Source: Kiritimatiellia bacterium (GTDB taxonomy: Bacteria > Verrucomicrobiota > Kiritimatiellia > RFP12 > UBA1067). From it: a stretch of 64,000 nt of DNA. Below are positions 44,238 to 52,227 of this stretch, piece by piece. The notes under the pieces are model-generated. The model saw only the letters and a program-made list of their open reading frames with translations. It did not search any database and was not told the origin of the DNA. The stretch covers positions 1,951 to 65,950 of the forward strand of contig JAEEOY010000290.1 of NCBI GenBank assembly GCA_016284515.1. The letters are read 5' to 3'. The translations under genes and the position numbers were made by a program. The number at the start of each line of letters is the position of its first letter. The stretch's first letter is position 1.

Positions 44238-44287
44238 TGCGCGCAATTTCCCGAAAATAGGGAAAATACACAAGGAGAAACCTAAAA

Positions 44288-45286
44288 ATGGTCAGCTACA
44301 AGAAGCTTGGTCTCGTCAACACCAAGAAAATGTTCGCTAAGGCGGTTAAGGGCGGCTACGCCATTCCCGCGTTCAACTTCAACACGATGGAGCAGATGCA
44401 GGCCATCGTCCAGGCCGCGGTCGAGACCAAGTCCCCCGTGATCATGCAGGTCTCCAAGGGCGCGCGCAAGTACGCGAACCCGACGATCCTCCGCTACATG
44501 GCCGAAGGCGCCGTTCAGTACGCGAAGGAGCTCGGCTGCAAGAAGCCGCAGATCGTCCTCCACCTCGACCACGGCGACAGCTTCGAGACGTGCAAGAGCT
44601 GCATCGACTCCGGCTTCTCGTCCGTCATGATCGACGGCAGCTCGCTTCCGTTCAAGGACAACATCAAGCTCACCAAGAAGGTCGTCAACTACGCGCACAA
44701 GCACGACGTGACGGTCGAGGCCGAGCTCGGCGTCCTCGCTGGCGTCGAAGACGAAGTCCAGGCCGAGGAGAGCCACTACACGAAGCCCGAGGAAGTGATC
44801 GAGTTCGCGACCAAGACGGGCTGCGACTCGCTCGCGATCTCCATCGGCACCTCGCACGGCGCCTACAAGTTCAAGCCCGAGCAGTGCACGCGCGACAAGA
44901 AGACGGGCAAGCTCATCCCGCCTCCGCTCGCGTTCGACGTCCTCAAGGCCGTCGAGAAGAAGCTCCCCGGCTTCCCGATCGTCCTCCACGGCTCGTCCAG
45001 CGTTCCGCAGGAGCACGTCGACACGATCAACAAGTTCGGCGGCAAGCTTCCCGACGCGGTCGGCATTCCCGAGGAGCAGCTCCGCAAGGCGGCGAAGAGC
45101 GCGGTGTGCAAGATCAACATCGACTCCGACTCGCGCCTCGCGATGACGGCGGCGATCCGCAAGCACTTCGCTGAGCATCCCGAGCACTTCGACCCGCGCC
45201 AGTACCTCACTCCGGCGCGCGACGCGATGAAGGAGCTCTACATCCACAAGATCGTCAAGGTCCTCGGCTCGAACAACAAGCTCTGA
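44288..45286 (+). CDS. fba: fructose-bisphosphate aldolase, class II
   Basis: GGYAIPAFNFNTMEQMQAIVQAAVETKSPVIMQVS, HLDHGDSFE and ISIGTSHGAYKF are canonical class II FBA segments. Confidence 0.92.
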   Translation: MVSYKKLGLVNTKKMFAKAVKGGYAIPAFNFNTMEQMQAIVQAAVETKSPVIMQVSKGARKYANPTILRYMAEGAVQYAKELGCKKPQIVLHLDHGDSFETCKSCIDSGFSSVMIDGSSLPFKDNIKLTKKVVNYAHKHDVTVEAELGVLAGVEDEVQAEESHYTKPEEVIEFATKTGCDSLAISIGTSHGAYKFKPEQCTRDKKTGKLIPPPLAFDVLKAVEKKLPGFPIVLHGSSSVPQEHVDTINKFGGKLPDAVGIPEEQLRKAAKSAVCKINIDSDSRLAMTAAIRKHFAEHPEHFDPRQYLTPARDAMKELYIHKIVKVLGSNNKL

Positions 45287-45299
45287 GCCTGACGATACG

Positions 45300-45327
45300 G
45301 AGGGCGCACGGGAGGCCGTGCGCCCTC
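45300..45327 (+). terminator. strong hairpin after fba (terminator or attenuator, no U-tract)
   Basis: Perfect 12-bp stem GAGGGCGCACGG/CCGTGCGCCCTC with loop GAGG. No T-run follows. Confidence 0.4.
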
Positions 45328-45364
45328 TGCAGTTCACACTATTCTAAAGTCGGGAGTTACACAA

Positions 45365-46408
45365 GTGGCGACGGATATCAAGAAGTCGGCGTACGCGCAG
45401 GCGGGCGTCAACATCGACGTCAAGATGAACGCGGTCGGGTCCATCAAGCAGATGGTCGCGGAGACGAAGACCCAGGCGGTCATCGGCAACATCGGGGCAT
45501 TTGGAGGCCTGCACAAGGTTCCGTCCGGGAAGGACGAGATTCTCGTCGCGTCGGCGGACGGCGTGGGCACGAAGCTCAAGGTTGCGTCGATGATGAACAA
45601 GCACGACACGGTCGGGCAGGATATCGTCAACCACTGCGTGAACGACATCCTCGTCCAGGGTGCGCTGCCGCTCTTCTTCATGGACTACATCGGCACGTCC
45701 AAGGTCGATCCCGTCGTGTTCAAGTCCGTCGTTTCCGGACTCTGCAAGGCCTGCAAGGAGAACCACATGGCGCTCCTGGGCGGCGAGACGGCGGAGATGC
45801 CCGGGCTCTATCCCGTTGGCGAGTACGATCTCGTCGGCACGATCGTCGGGCACGTGAAGAAGTCGCAGCTCATCACCGGCAAGTCGATCCGCGCCGGAGA
45901 CATGATCATCGGCTTCCCGTCCGGCGGACTCCAGACGAACGGCTTCTCGCTCGCCCGCCGCGTGATCTTCGACCTCTGCCAGTACTCGTGGCAGGACAAG
46001 CTGCCCGGCACCAACCAGACTTTCGGCGAGGCGCTTCTCGCCGTGCACAAGAGCTTTCTCAGGCCCGTCGCCAAGCTCCTCGAGCGCAAGATCAACATCA
46101 CCGGAATGGCGCATATCACGGGCGGCGGATTCCAGGACAACATTCCGCGCGTCCTCCCGAAGGCGGTCAACGCCGAGATCGACCGCGCGTCATGGGAGGT
46201 CCCGACGATCTTCAAGTTCATCCAGAACCAGGGCAAGGTCGATCGCGACGAGATGTACCGCGTCTTCAACATGGGCATCGGCTACGTGGTGATCATCCCC
46301 AAGAACCAGATGGAGAAGGCGACGAACATCCTCAAGGCCCAGCACCAGCCGTACCACGTCATCGGCGTGATCAGGAAGGGCACGGGCATCGTCACCTACA
46401 AGAACTGA
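45365..46408 (+). CDS. purM: phosphoribosylformylglycinamidine cyclo-ligase (AIR synthetase)
   Basis: GTG start. YAQAGVNID, ASADGVGTKLKVA, GQDIVNHCVNDILVQGA and ALLGGETAEMPG are canonical PurM segments. Confidence 0.92.
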   Translation: MATDIKKSAYAQAGVNIDVKMNAVGSIKQMVAETKTQAVIGNIGAFGGLHKVPSGKDEILVASADGVGTKLKVASMMNKHDTVGQDIVNHCVNDILVQGALPLFFMDYIGTSKVDPVVFKSVVSGLCKACKENHMALLGGETAEMPGLYPVGEYDLVGTIVGHVKKSQLITGKSIRAGDMIIGFPSGGLQTNGFSLARRVIFDLCQYSWQDKLPGTNQTFGEALLAVHKSFLRPVAKLLERKINITGMAHITGGGFQDNIPRVLPKAVNAEIDRASWEVPTIFKFIQNQGKVDRDEMYRVFNMGIGYVVIIPKNQMEKATNILKAQHQPYHVIGVIRKGTGIVTYKN

Positions 46409-46428
46409 CGGACAGAGGGAGGCTCAGA

Positions 46429-47595
46429 ATGGCGGGCGTGGGCGGAAGATTCGATCTCGACGAGCTTAGGCGCGAAGCCGAGGCGGAGAAGAAGGCCGCC
46501 CGCGTCCGCTCCATCGTTTCCAATGTCATTCTCGTCGTCCTGCTGATCGCCGTCGCCGTAGGCGGCAAGATCGGCTGGGACAAATGGCAGGAGAAGCGCG
46601 AGGCGGACCGCATTGCGGAGGAGGCGGCGATAGCCGCCGCCGAGAAGGCCGCCGCGGAGAAGAAGGCGGCCGAGGCCGAGCGCGAGCGGATTGCAGCCGA
46701 GAAGCGCGAGGCGGAGAAGAAGGCGCGCGAAGAGGCCAGGGAGGCGGAGCGCAAGGCCCGCGAGGAGAAGATCGCCGCCGAGAAGAAGGCCCGCGAGGAG
46801 GAGCGCCGCCGCAAGGAGGAGGAGCGGCGCTACGCCGAGGAGCACAAGGCGGAGCAGCAGGAACTCAAGAAATACGAGGACCGCGTTGTCTCTGACCTCA
46901 GTTTCCAGATTGGCGACCACCTCTGCTACGGATACGGCATAGACGACATCGTCGACTCTTCGGTCGACGAGACGCGCTGGGCCGAGCTTGCCCAGCGCGC
47001 GCAGAAAAAGCAGACAATAGAATTTCTGGAGGAGCTCCGCGGCGAGTCCGTGACGAACAGCTTCTCCGACACGCGCTATCCAGACCGCGACACATTCGCG
47101 AAGCTCCTGGACAATCTGGACGCGGAGCGCTTCACGATTGTGCTGAGGCTCAAGGAAGAGGCCCGCGGGAGAAAGCTGGCGCTCGTGGCGCCCAGCATAG
47201 AGAAGGGGCTTGAGGAGCCCGAGGGCGCGCGGCAGATGAAGTCCGGCGCGCGCGTGATCGGCTGGACCGTCCCGTTCGCGTACGGCGACAAGCTGCCGCT
47301 ATTCCTCGTCGACCAGACGACTGCAGATGCCTTCGCGCGCGAGTGGACGCAGCTCCGCCGCAGGCTGCGCAGCGAGGCCGCCAAGCTTGACAACCGCGAC
47401 GAATACATCGCGCGCAGACTTGAGAAGGAGCTGCCCGATTTCGTGAAGTCGATGAAGATCGAGGTCACAACGCCTCCGCCGGAGGACAAGCCCGCGAAGG
47501 AGTCCGCCCAGAAGCGCGAGTCCAAGCCCAAGGCCACTATGAAGGGCAGCAATTCCGACATCCGGACCCTTGGCGGACCCAGGAACCGCCGCTGA
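46429..47595 (+). CDS. membrane-anchored protein with long Lys/Glu/Ala-rich helical region (TolA-like architecture), function unknown
   Basis: GAGGGAGG precedes ATG 46429. TM segment IVSNVILVVLLIAVAVGG. About 110 aa of AEKAAAEKKAAEAERERIAAEKREAEKKAREE.. followed by a ~250-aa C-terminal domain. The track ORF 45988 is a 5' extension overlapping purM. Confidence 0.55.
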   Translation: MAGVGGRFDLDELRREAEAEKKAARVRSIVSNVILVVLLIAVAVGGKIGWDKWQEKREADRIAEEAAIAAAEKAAAEKKAAEAERERIAAEKREAEKKAREEAREAERKAREEKIAAEKKAREEERRRKEEERRYAEEHKAEQQELKKYEDRVVSDLSFQIGDHLCYGYGIDDIVDSSVDETRWAELAQRAQKKQTIEFLEELRGESVTNSFSDTRYPDRDTFAKLLDNLDAERFTIVLRLKEEARGRKLALVAPSIEKGLEEPEGARQMKSGARVIGWTVPFAYGDKLPLFLVDQTTADAFAREWTQLRRRLRSEAAKLDNRDEYIARRLEKELPDFVKSMKIEVTTPPPEDKPAKESAQKRESKPKATMKGSNSDIRTLGGPRNRR

Positions 47596-47640
47596 CAAGC
47601 CTTCCCGCGTTGCGTTGCGCATGTTTCTTTCCGCCGCCAC

Positions 47641-47670
47641 TTGACATACATACCCGAAGGTATGTATAAT
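47641..47670 (+). promoter_or_regulatory. sigma70 promoter with embedded TetR-type palindromic operator
   Basis: TTGACA (47641-47646), 18 nt, TATAAT (47665-47670). Palindrome ATACATACC-cgaa-GGTATGTAT (47646-47667) spans the spacer and the -10. ATG 47681 is 10 nt downstream. Confidence 0.65.
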
Positions 47671-47680
47671 ATGCGTTCAA

Positions 47681-48298
47681 ATGGCTCGTAAAAGGAAAGA
47701 GGACGCAGAGAAGACGCGCACGAGGATACTCGCGAGCGCGCTCTCGCTTTTTGCGAAAAAGGGCTACGAGCACACGACGTTCACCGACATCGCGGCGCGG
47801 CTGAAGATGACGAAGGGTGCGGTCTACTGGCATTTCGAGTCGAAGGAGGCGCTCCTCATCGCGCTCGTCGACGAAATGCTCGAGAAGTTCACGCGCCAGA
47901 CCGAGGCGATCATGCCGAAGGACGAGCTCACGTTCCTCGCGGTGTCGGACATGATGGTCGAGAACGCGAGGCTCGTGGTGGACGACGCGTGGGGCCGGGC
48001 GTTCTTCATGCTGATGAGGACGCAGATCCGCTGGGGCGAGGAGTCGATGCACGGGGTGCGCGAGGAGCTCCTCACCAACCAGCGGTTCGGTCCGTGGCAC
48101 GCGTTCATCCGCGCCGTCGAGAACGACAAGGCCGCTGGGCGCGTGCGTCCCGACGTGGACGCGACGGAGGTAGCCAACATCTGCGTCTCCGTGTGGGACG
48201 GGATGGTGCAGGGCAGGATAGACGGATTTCTGCGCACGGACATGTGCCTCACGATACGGCATGCGTTCGACGCGGTATGGGGATACATAAAGGCTTGA
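47681..48298 (+). CDS. TetR/AcrR-family transcriptional repressor
   Basis: N-terminal HTH TRTRILASALSLFAKKGYEHTTFTDIAARLKMTKGAVYWHFESKEAL. Confidence 0.9.
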   Translation: MARKRKEDAEKTRTRILASALSLFAKKGYEHTTFTDIAARLKMTKGAVYWHFESKEALLIALVDEMLEKFTRQTEAIMPKDELTFLAVSDMMVENARLVVDDAWGRAFFMLMRTQIRWGEESMHGVREELLTNQRFGPWHAFIRAVENDKAAGRVRPDVDATEVANICVSVWDGMVQGRIDGFLRTDMCLTIRHAFDAVWGYIKA

Positions 48299-48335
48299 AA
48301 ACAAAGGCTTAAAAGGCAAAGGAAAGGCGGAAGAA

Positions 48336-49568
48336 ATGTCCGAAAACAACGAGAAGAGCACGGGATCCGCGATTGGGTCCATCATCGGGACGATTGTCCT
48401 CGCGGCGGTCTGCGTCGCGGGCGGATGGATAGCGAAGGACATGTGGCCGAAGGGCGACGGCGGCGCGGCGGCCGCGCAGGCCGCGAAGCTCGCTGCGATG
48501 GCGGCGATGCAGCAGACCGTCGCTGTCACGAACGCGGAGATGCGCGTCTACAACCTCCCCGAGAGGTTCGTCGCGCACGCGGAGGCGGTGCAGGAGGTCG
48601 ATCTCCTTCCGCAGATCGACGGATACGTCAGGGAGATCAAGTTCAAGGAAGGCGACGTCGTTAAGGAGGGGCAGGTCCTCTACGTGATCGACGACGAGCG
48701 CTACCAGGCGGTCGCCAACCAGCGCAAGGCCGACCTCGCGGCGGCCGAGGCAGAGGCGCGCAGGGCGGAGCGCTACTTCGAGCGAATGGAGAAGGCGGAC
48801 GAGCGCGGCATCACGCAGCTCGAGCGCGACAACGCGGAGGCTGCGGCGGAGAAGGCGAAGGCCGCGGTCCTCCAGGCGAAGGCGAACCTCGTCGTCGCGG
48901 AGTACGACCTCAAGAAGACCACGGTGTTCGCTCCGATCTCCGGGCAGATCGGCAAGTCGTCCGCCCACGTCGGCGACTATGTCGCGCCGTCGAAGGGCGC
49001 GCTCGCGAAGATCGTGCAGATCGACCCGATCCGCGTCTCGTTCCCGCTCACCGACCGCGCCTACATCGCGTGGCGGCAGGCGCAGCGCGAGGGGAAGGAC
49101 TATGCGTTCCGCATGAGGCTCATCCTCCCCGACGGAAGCGAATACGACCGCGAGGGCGTGTGGGACTTCGACGACAACCAGATGTCTCGCGAGACGGCGT
49201 CGATCATGATGCGCCTCAGGTTCCCGAACCCGGAGCGCCTGCTCATTCCGAACAGCTACGTGACGCTCCTCACCGACTACCAGGAGCCCCCGAGCTATCC
49301 GTCCGTCCCGCAGCAGGCGCTTGTCGACCTTCCCGGCGGGAACCAGGGCGTGTGGATCCTGAAGGACGACATGACGGTCGAGCAGCGTCCCGTGGAGACG
49401 AAGGAGGCGTTTGGCGGATGGACCCCGCTCGTGAAGGGCGTGAAGGAAGGCGAGCGCGTCGTCATCTCCGGCATCTCCAAGCTCGGTCCCGGCGTGAAGG
49501 TCGCGCTCGTCCAGCCGACCTCCAACGACGACATCAACGCGAACCACAAGTCCCCGATCGAGGAGTAG
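48336..49568 (+). CDS. efflux RND transporter periplasmic adaptor subunit (MFP)
   Basis: N-terminal TM, then FKEGDVVKEGQVLYVIDD (lipoyl-like), a coiled coil, VFAPISGQIGKS and C-terminal beta-barrel segments. Confidence 0.88.
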   Translation: MSENNEKSTGSAIGSIIGTIVLAAVCVAGGWIAKDMWPKGDGGAAAAQAAKLAAMAAMQQTVAVTNAEMRVYNLPERFVAHAEAVQEVDLLPQIDGYVREIKFKEGDVVKEGQVLYVIDDERYQAVANQRKADLAAAEAEARRAERYFERMEKADERGITQLERDNAEAAAEKAKAAVLQAKANLVVAEYDLKKTTVFAPISGQIGKSSAHVGDYVAPSKGALAKIVQIDPIRVSFPLTDRAYIAWRQAQREGKDYAFRMRLILPDGSEYDREGVWDFDDNQMSRETASIMMRLRFPNPERLLIPNSYVTLLTDYQEPPSYPSVPQQALVDLPGGNQGVWILKDDMTVEQRPVETKEAFGGWTPLVKGVKEGERVVISGISKLGPGVKVALVQPTSNDDINANHKSPIEE

Positions 49569-49636
49569 TCTAAAGCATAAAACACCATGAACGGCGACAT
49601 CAAGGCGTACGCGACGCTTGCGGCTTAATTTGCAAC

Positions 49637-52186
49637 ATGGTTCAGACATTCGCATATCCGTTGTCACTCCGCGAGGAGGAGCTGAAAAACAAAGTCGCAG
49701 CCGACTGGTTCGGCGCGTTCGACTGCACACGCATAATCGGGAACATCGACTTCTGCGTCGACCTCCCGGCGACCGAGCTGGCACTCGGCTATGACGCGGA
49801 GCCCATTCTGTGGGCGGAGGCAAAGGCCGGAAACAAGAAGGACATCGTAGCCAGTTTCGTGCAGCTTATCCTGACCATCGGCGGAGGGCACACGGCGGAC
49901 AGGAATCTCCCTCCTCACTTTCTCGGCGCATTCGACGCGGAGAAGATCGCGTTCATCCCATACAATGCCGTGTTAGGCGTTCTCGGGAAGAACGACTTCG
50001 ACTGGACGGTCGCACCGAGCGACCACGAGTCAAAGGAGTTCAAGGAACTCTACACGCTCGCAAAGGGCGTGATAGAGCGTGAGAAGTTGCTGTTCAGATA
50101 TGCGGAGGACGGCGATATTCTGCGGCGGTTCATCAAGTCCAACTTCAAGTCGGGACGCCGCGACATCTCGAAGATACTAATCAACAAGAACAACTTCACG
50201 CACATCTATCGGCAGTGGCGGGAAATCGTCATGCCGTTCATCGACGCGCCGTGGGACGTGCTGAAGAAGAAGTACAACATCTACGACCGGGACTTCTATC
50301 TCGCCGAGATGAACATCGACGACAACGGAACGACCGACATCGCCGACGATCGCGTCGCCAACGACTTCTACATCACGTTCGACGCGAGATCCACGACGCC
50401 GTATACCGTGAAGCGCAAGAACGAGGACGATTTGTTCAATATCCTTGCCTTCGGGTTCAAATCCGGCGGACTCGATGCGTACGCGGAATTCTGGCGCCGT
50501 TACAAGCGTCCGCCGCGCAAAGACTACTGGAACTTCATCGTGAACCGTCTCGACCTCCTTGTGCCGCAGGACGTGCGCGAGCGCAAGGGCTCGTTCTTCA
50601 CGCCGAAAAAATGGGTGGAGCTGTCGCAGCACTATCTCGAGCTGGCGCTTGGCGAAAACTGGCAGGACGAGTATTACGTCTGGGACTGCTGCGCCGGTAC
50701 GGGGAACCTCCTCGCCGGACTCACGAACAAATACCGCATCTGGGCGTCGACCTTGGACCAGCAGGATGTCGACGTGATGCGCGAGCGCGCGAAGAACGGC
50801 GCGAACCTGCTTGAAAGCCACATCTTCCAGTTCGACTTCCTCAACGACTCCTTCGACAGACTGCCGAAGGGCCTCAAGGAAATCATCGACGCCCCCGAAA
50901 AACGCCGTAGACTCGTCATCTACATCAACCCACCGTATGCGGAGGCGGGGGACGCGAAGCAAAGATCCCACACCGGTGCGAACAAGACTGATGTCTCCGT
51001 AGTCCATGCAACCTACGATAAGTATCTCGCAAAAATAGGCATCGCCGGACGAGAGTTGTTTGCGCAGTTCCTCATGCGGATCCACGACGAAATTTCAGAG
51101 TGCATCGTCGGGCAGTTCTCAACGTTGAAACATTTGATGGGCCCGAATTTCAAGTTGTTCCGGCAGGCGTTCCATGGTGCGCTGGCGCGATGCTTCATTA
51201 CGCCCGCCGACACATTCGACAATGTGAAAGGCCAGTTTCCAATTGGCTTCTTTGTGTGGCGGCTGGGAGAAAGATCAACTCCGACTTCTACCGATGGCTT
51301 CGCTAACGCTTCGCCTTCTTTAAACGCCGCAGCGGTAGCGGAGGCTTCGGATAAATCGGAGTTAAAAATTAACGGCGTGTTCACCGAGACGACGGCGGAT
51401 GTGTATGATCGCAAGGGGGAGTTTATTGGAACTAAGACGATCCTTGCGTATGACAATGAACGCTCCATAAACGACTGGCTTATTGAGACCCGGAAGAGAC
51501 CGACAGCGCTCAACCTCGGTTTCCTCTCCTGCCGTTCCCATGATGTGCAACACGTTAACGACATTTTCTTCCGAAACGAGAAGTCTCTCATAAAGTCGGC
51601 CCGAGGCTCGTGGATCACCGATGCCAATCTTGTGGAGGCGTCAGTCTATGTAGCGGTTTGCCATAGCATTGATGCTGACTGGCTGAATGATCGCGACCAG
51701 TTCCTTTTTCCTAATGATGGTTGGAAGGATGATGGGAGATTCCATCTTGATGGTATTGTATACACGCTTTTTGCCAACGCCAACAACATCAAGTCCGCCG
51801 ACGGCGTGAACCACTGGATACCGTTTACAGAAGAGGAGGTTGGAGCGAAGGATTGCTTCAAGAGCCACTTCATGAGCGAATATCTCCGCGTCTTTGCGCC
51901 TCTGCGTGAGAAATTATCCCCCGCTGCTACGTCTGTCCTCGATGCCGGGCGCGAGTTGTGGCGGTACTACCACGCGCAGTTAGGCGCGAATCCCGACGCC
52001 TCCTACTACGACATACGGCTTCACTTCCAGGGCGTGACGACCGACGCGCGGGGCAAGGCGAAGATGAACTCCGACAGCAAGGACGCGAAATACACGGAGC
52101 TCATCGGCAATCTACGCGCCGCGATGAAGCGACTTGCGAAAGAGATCGAACCGAAAGTCTACGAATACGGGTTCTTGAAGAAGTAA
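49637..52186 (+). CDS. type IIG-like restriction-modification protein: N-terminal PD-(D/E)xK-like motif plus gamma-class N6-adenine DNA methyltransferase plus C-terminal specificity-like region
   Basis: D53-x7-E61-A-K63 (YDAEPILWAEAK, 49811-49825). Motif X GSFFTPKKWV. Motif I VWDCCAGTGNLL. Motif IV NPPY (50927-50938). ~400-aa C-terminal region. Confidence 0.7.
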   Translation: MVQTFAYPLSLREEELKNKVAADWFGAFDCTRIIGNIDFCVDLPATELALGYDAEPILWAEAKAGNKKDIVASFVQLILTIGGGHTADRNLPPHFLGAFDAEKIAFIPYNAVLGVLGKNDFDWTVAPSDHESKEFKELYTLAKGVIEREKLLFRYAEDGDILRRFIKSNFKSGRRDISKILINKNNFTHIYRQWREIVMPFIDAPWDVLKKKYNIYDRDFYLAEMNIDDNGTTDIADDRVANDFYITFDARSTTPYTVKRKNEDDLFNILAFGFKSGGLDAYAEFWRRYKRPPRKDYWNFIVNRLDLLVPQDVRERKGSFFTPKKWVELSQHYLELALGENWQDEYYVWDCCAGTGNLLAGLTNKYRIWASTLDQQDVDVMRERAKNGANLLESHIFQFDFLNDSFDRLPKGLKEIIDAPEKRRRLVIYINPPYAEAGDAKQRSHTGANKTDVSVVHATYDKYLAKIGIAGRELFAQFLMRIHDEISECIVGQFSTLKHLMGPNFKLFRQAFHGALARCFITPADTFDNVKGQFPIGFFVWRLGERSTPTSTDGFANASPSLNAAAVAEASDKSELKINGVFTETTADVYDRKGEFIGTKTILAYDNERSINDWLIETRKRPTALNLGFLSCRSHDVQHVNDIFFRNEKSLIKSARGSWITDANLVEASVYVAVCHSIDADWLNDRDQFLFPNDGWKDDGRFHLDGIVYTLFANANNIKSADGVNHWIPFTEEEVGAKDCFKSHFMSEYLRVFAPLREKLSPAATSVLDAGRELWRYYHAQLGANPDASYYDIRLHFQGVTTDARGKAKMNSDSKDAKYTELIGNLRAAMKRLAKEIEPKVYEYGFLKK

Positions 52187-52227
52187 TGACCAACGGCAGA
52201 GGACAAGAAAGGCAATAGACAACAACG

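Noticed and set aside
45988-46428. 5' part of the 535-aa track ORF
   Set aside because: It overlaps purM in another frame. A GAGGGAGG RBS and ATG 46429 give a sensible membrane-anchored N-terminus.
46580-46870. Repetitive GAG/AAG/GCC DNA considered as a tandem repeat or microsatellite
   Set aside because: It is an in-frame Lys/Glu/Ala-rich coiled region of the 46429-47595 CDS with no exact unit.
49587-49628. 13-codon mini-ORF (MNGDIKAYATLAA) as a real gene or leader peptide
   Set aside because: It is too short and has no RBS. I only use it as a possible stump of the original pump 5' end, which is speculative.
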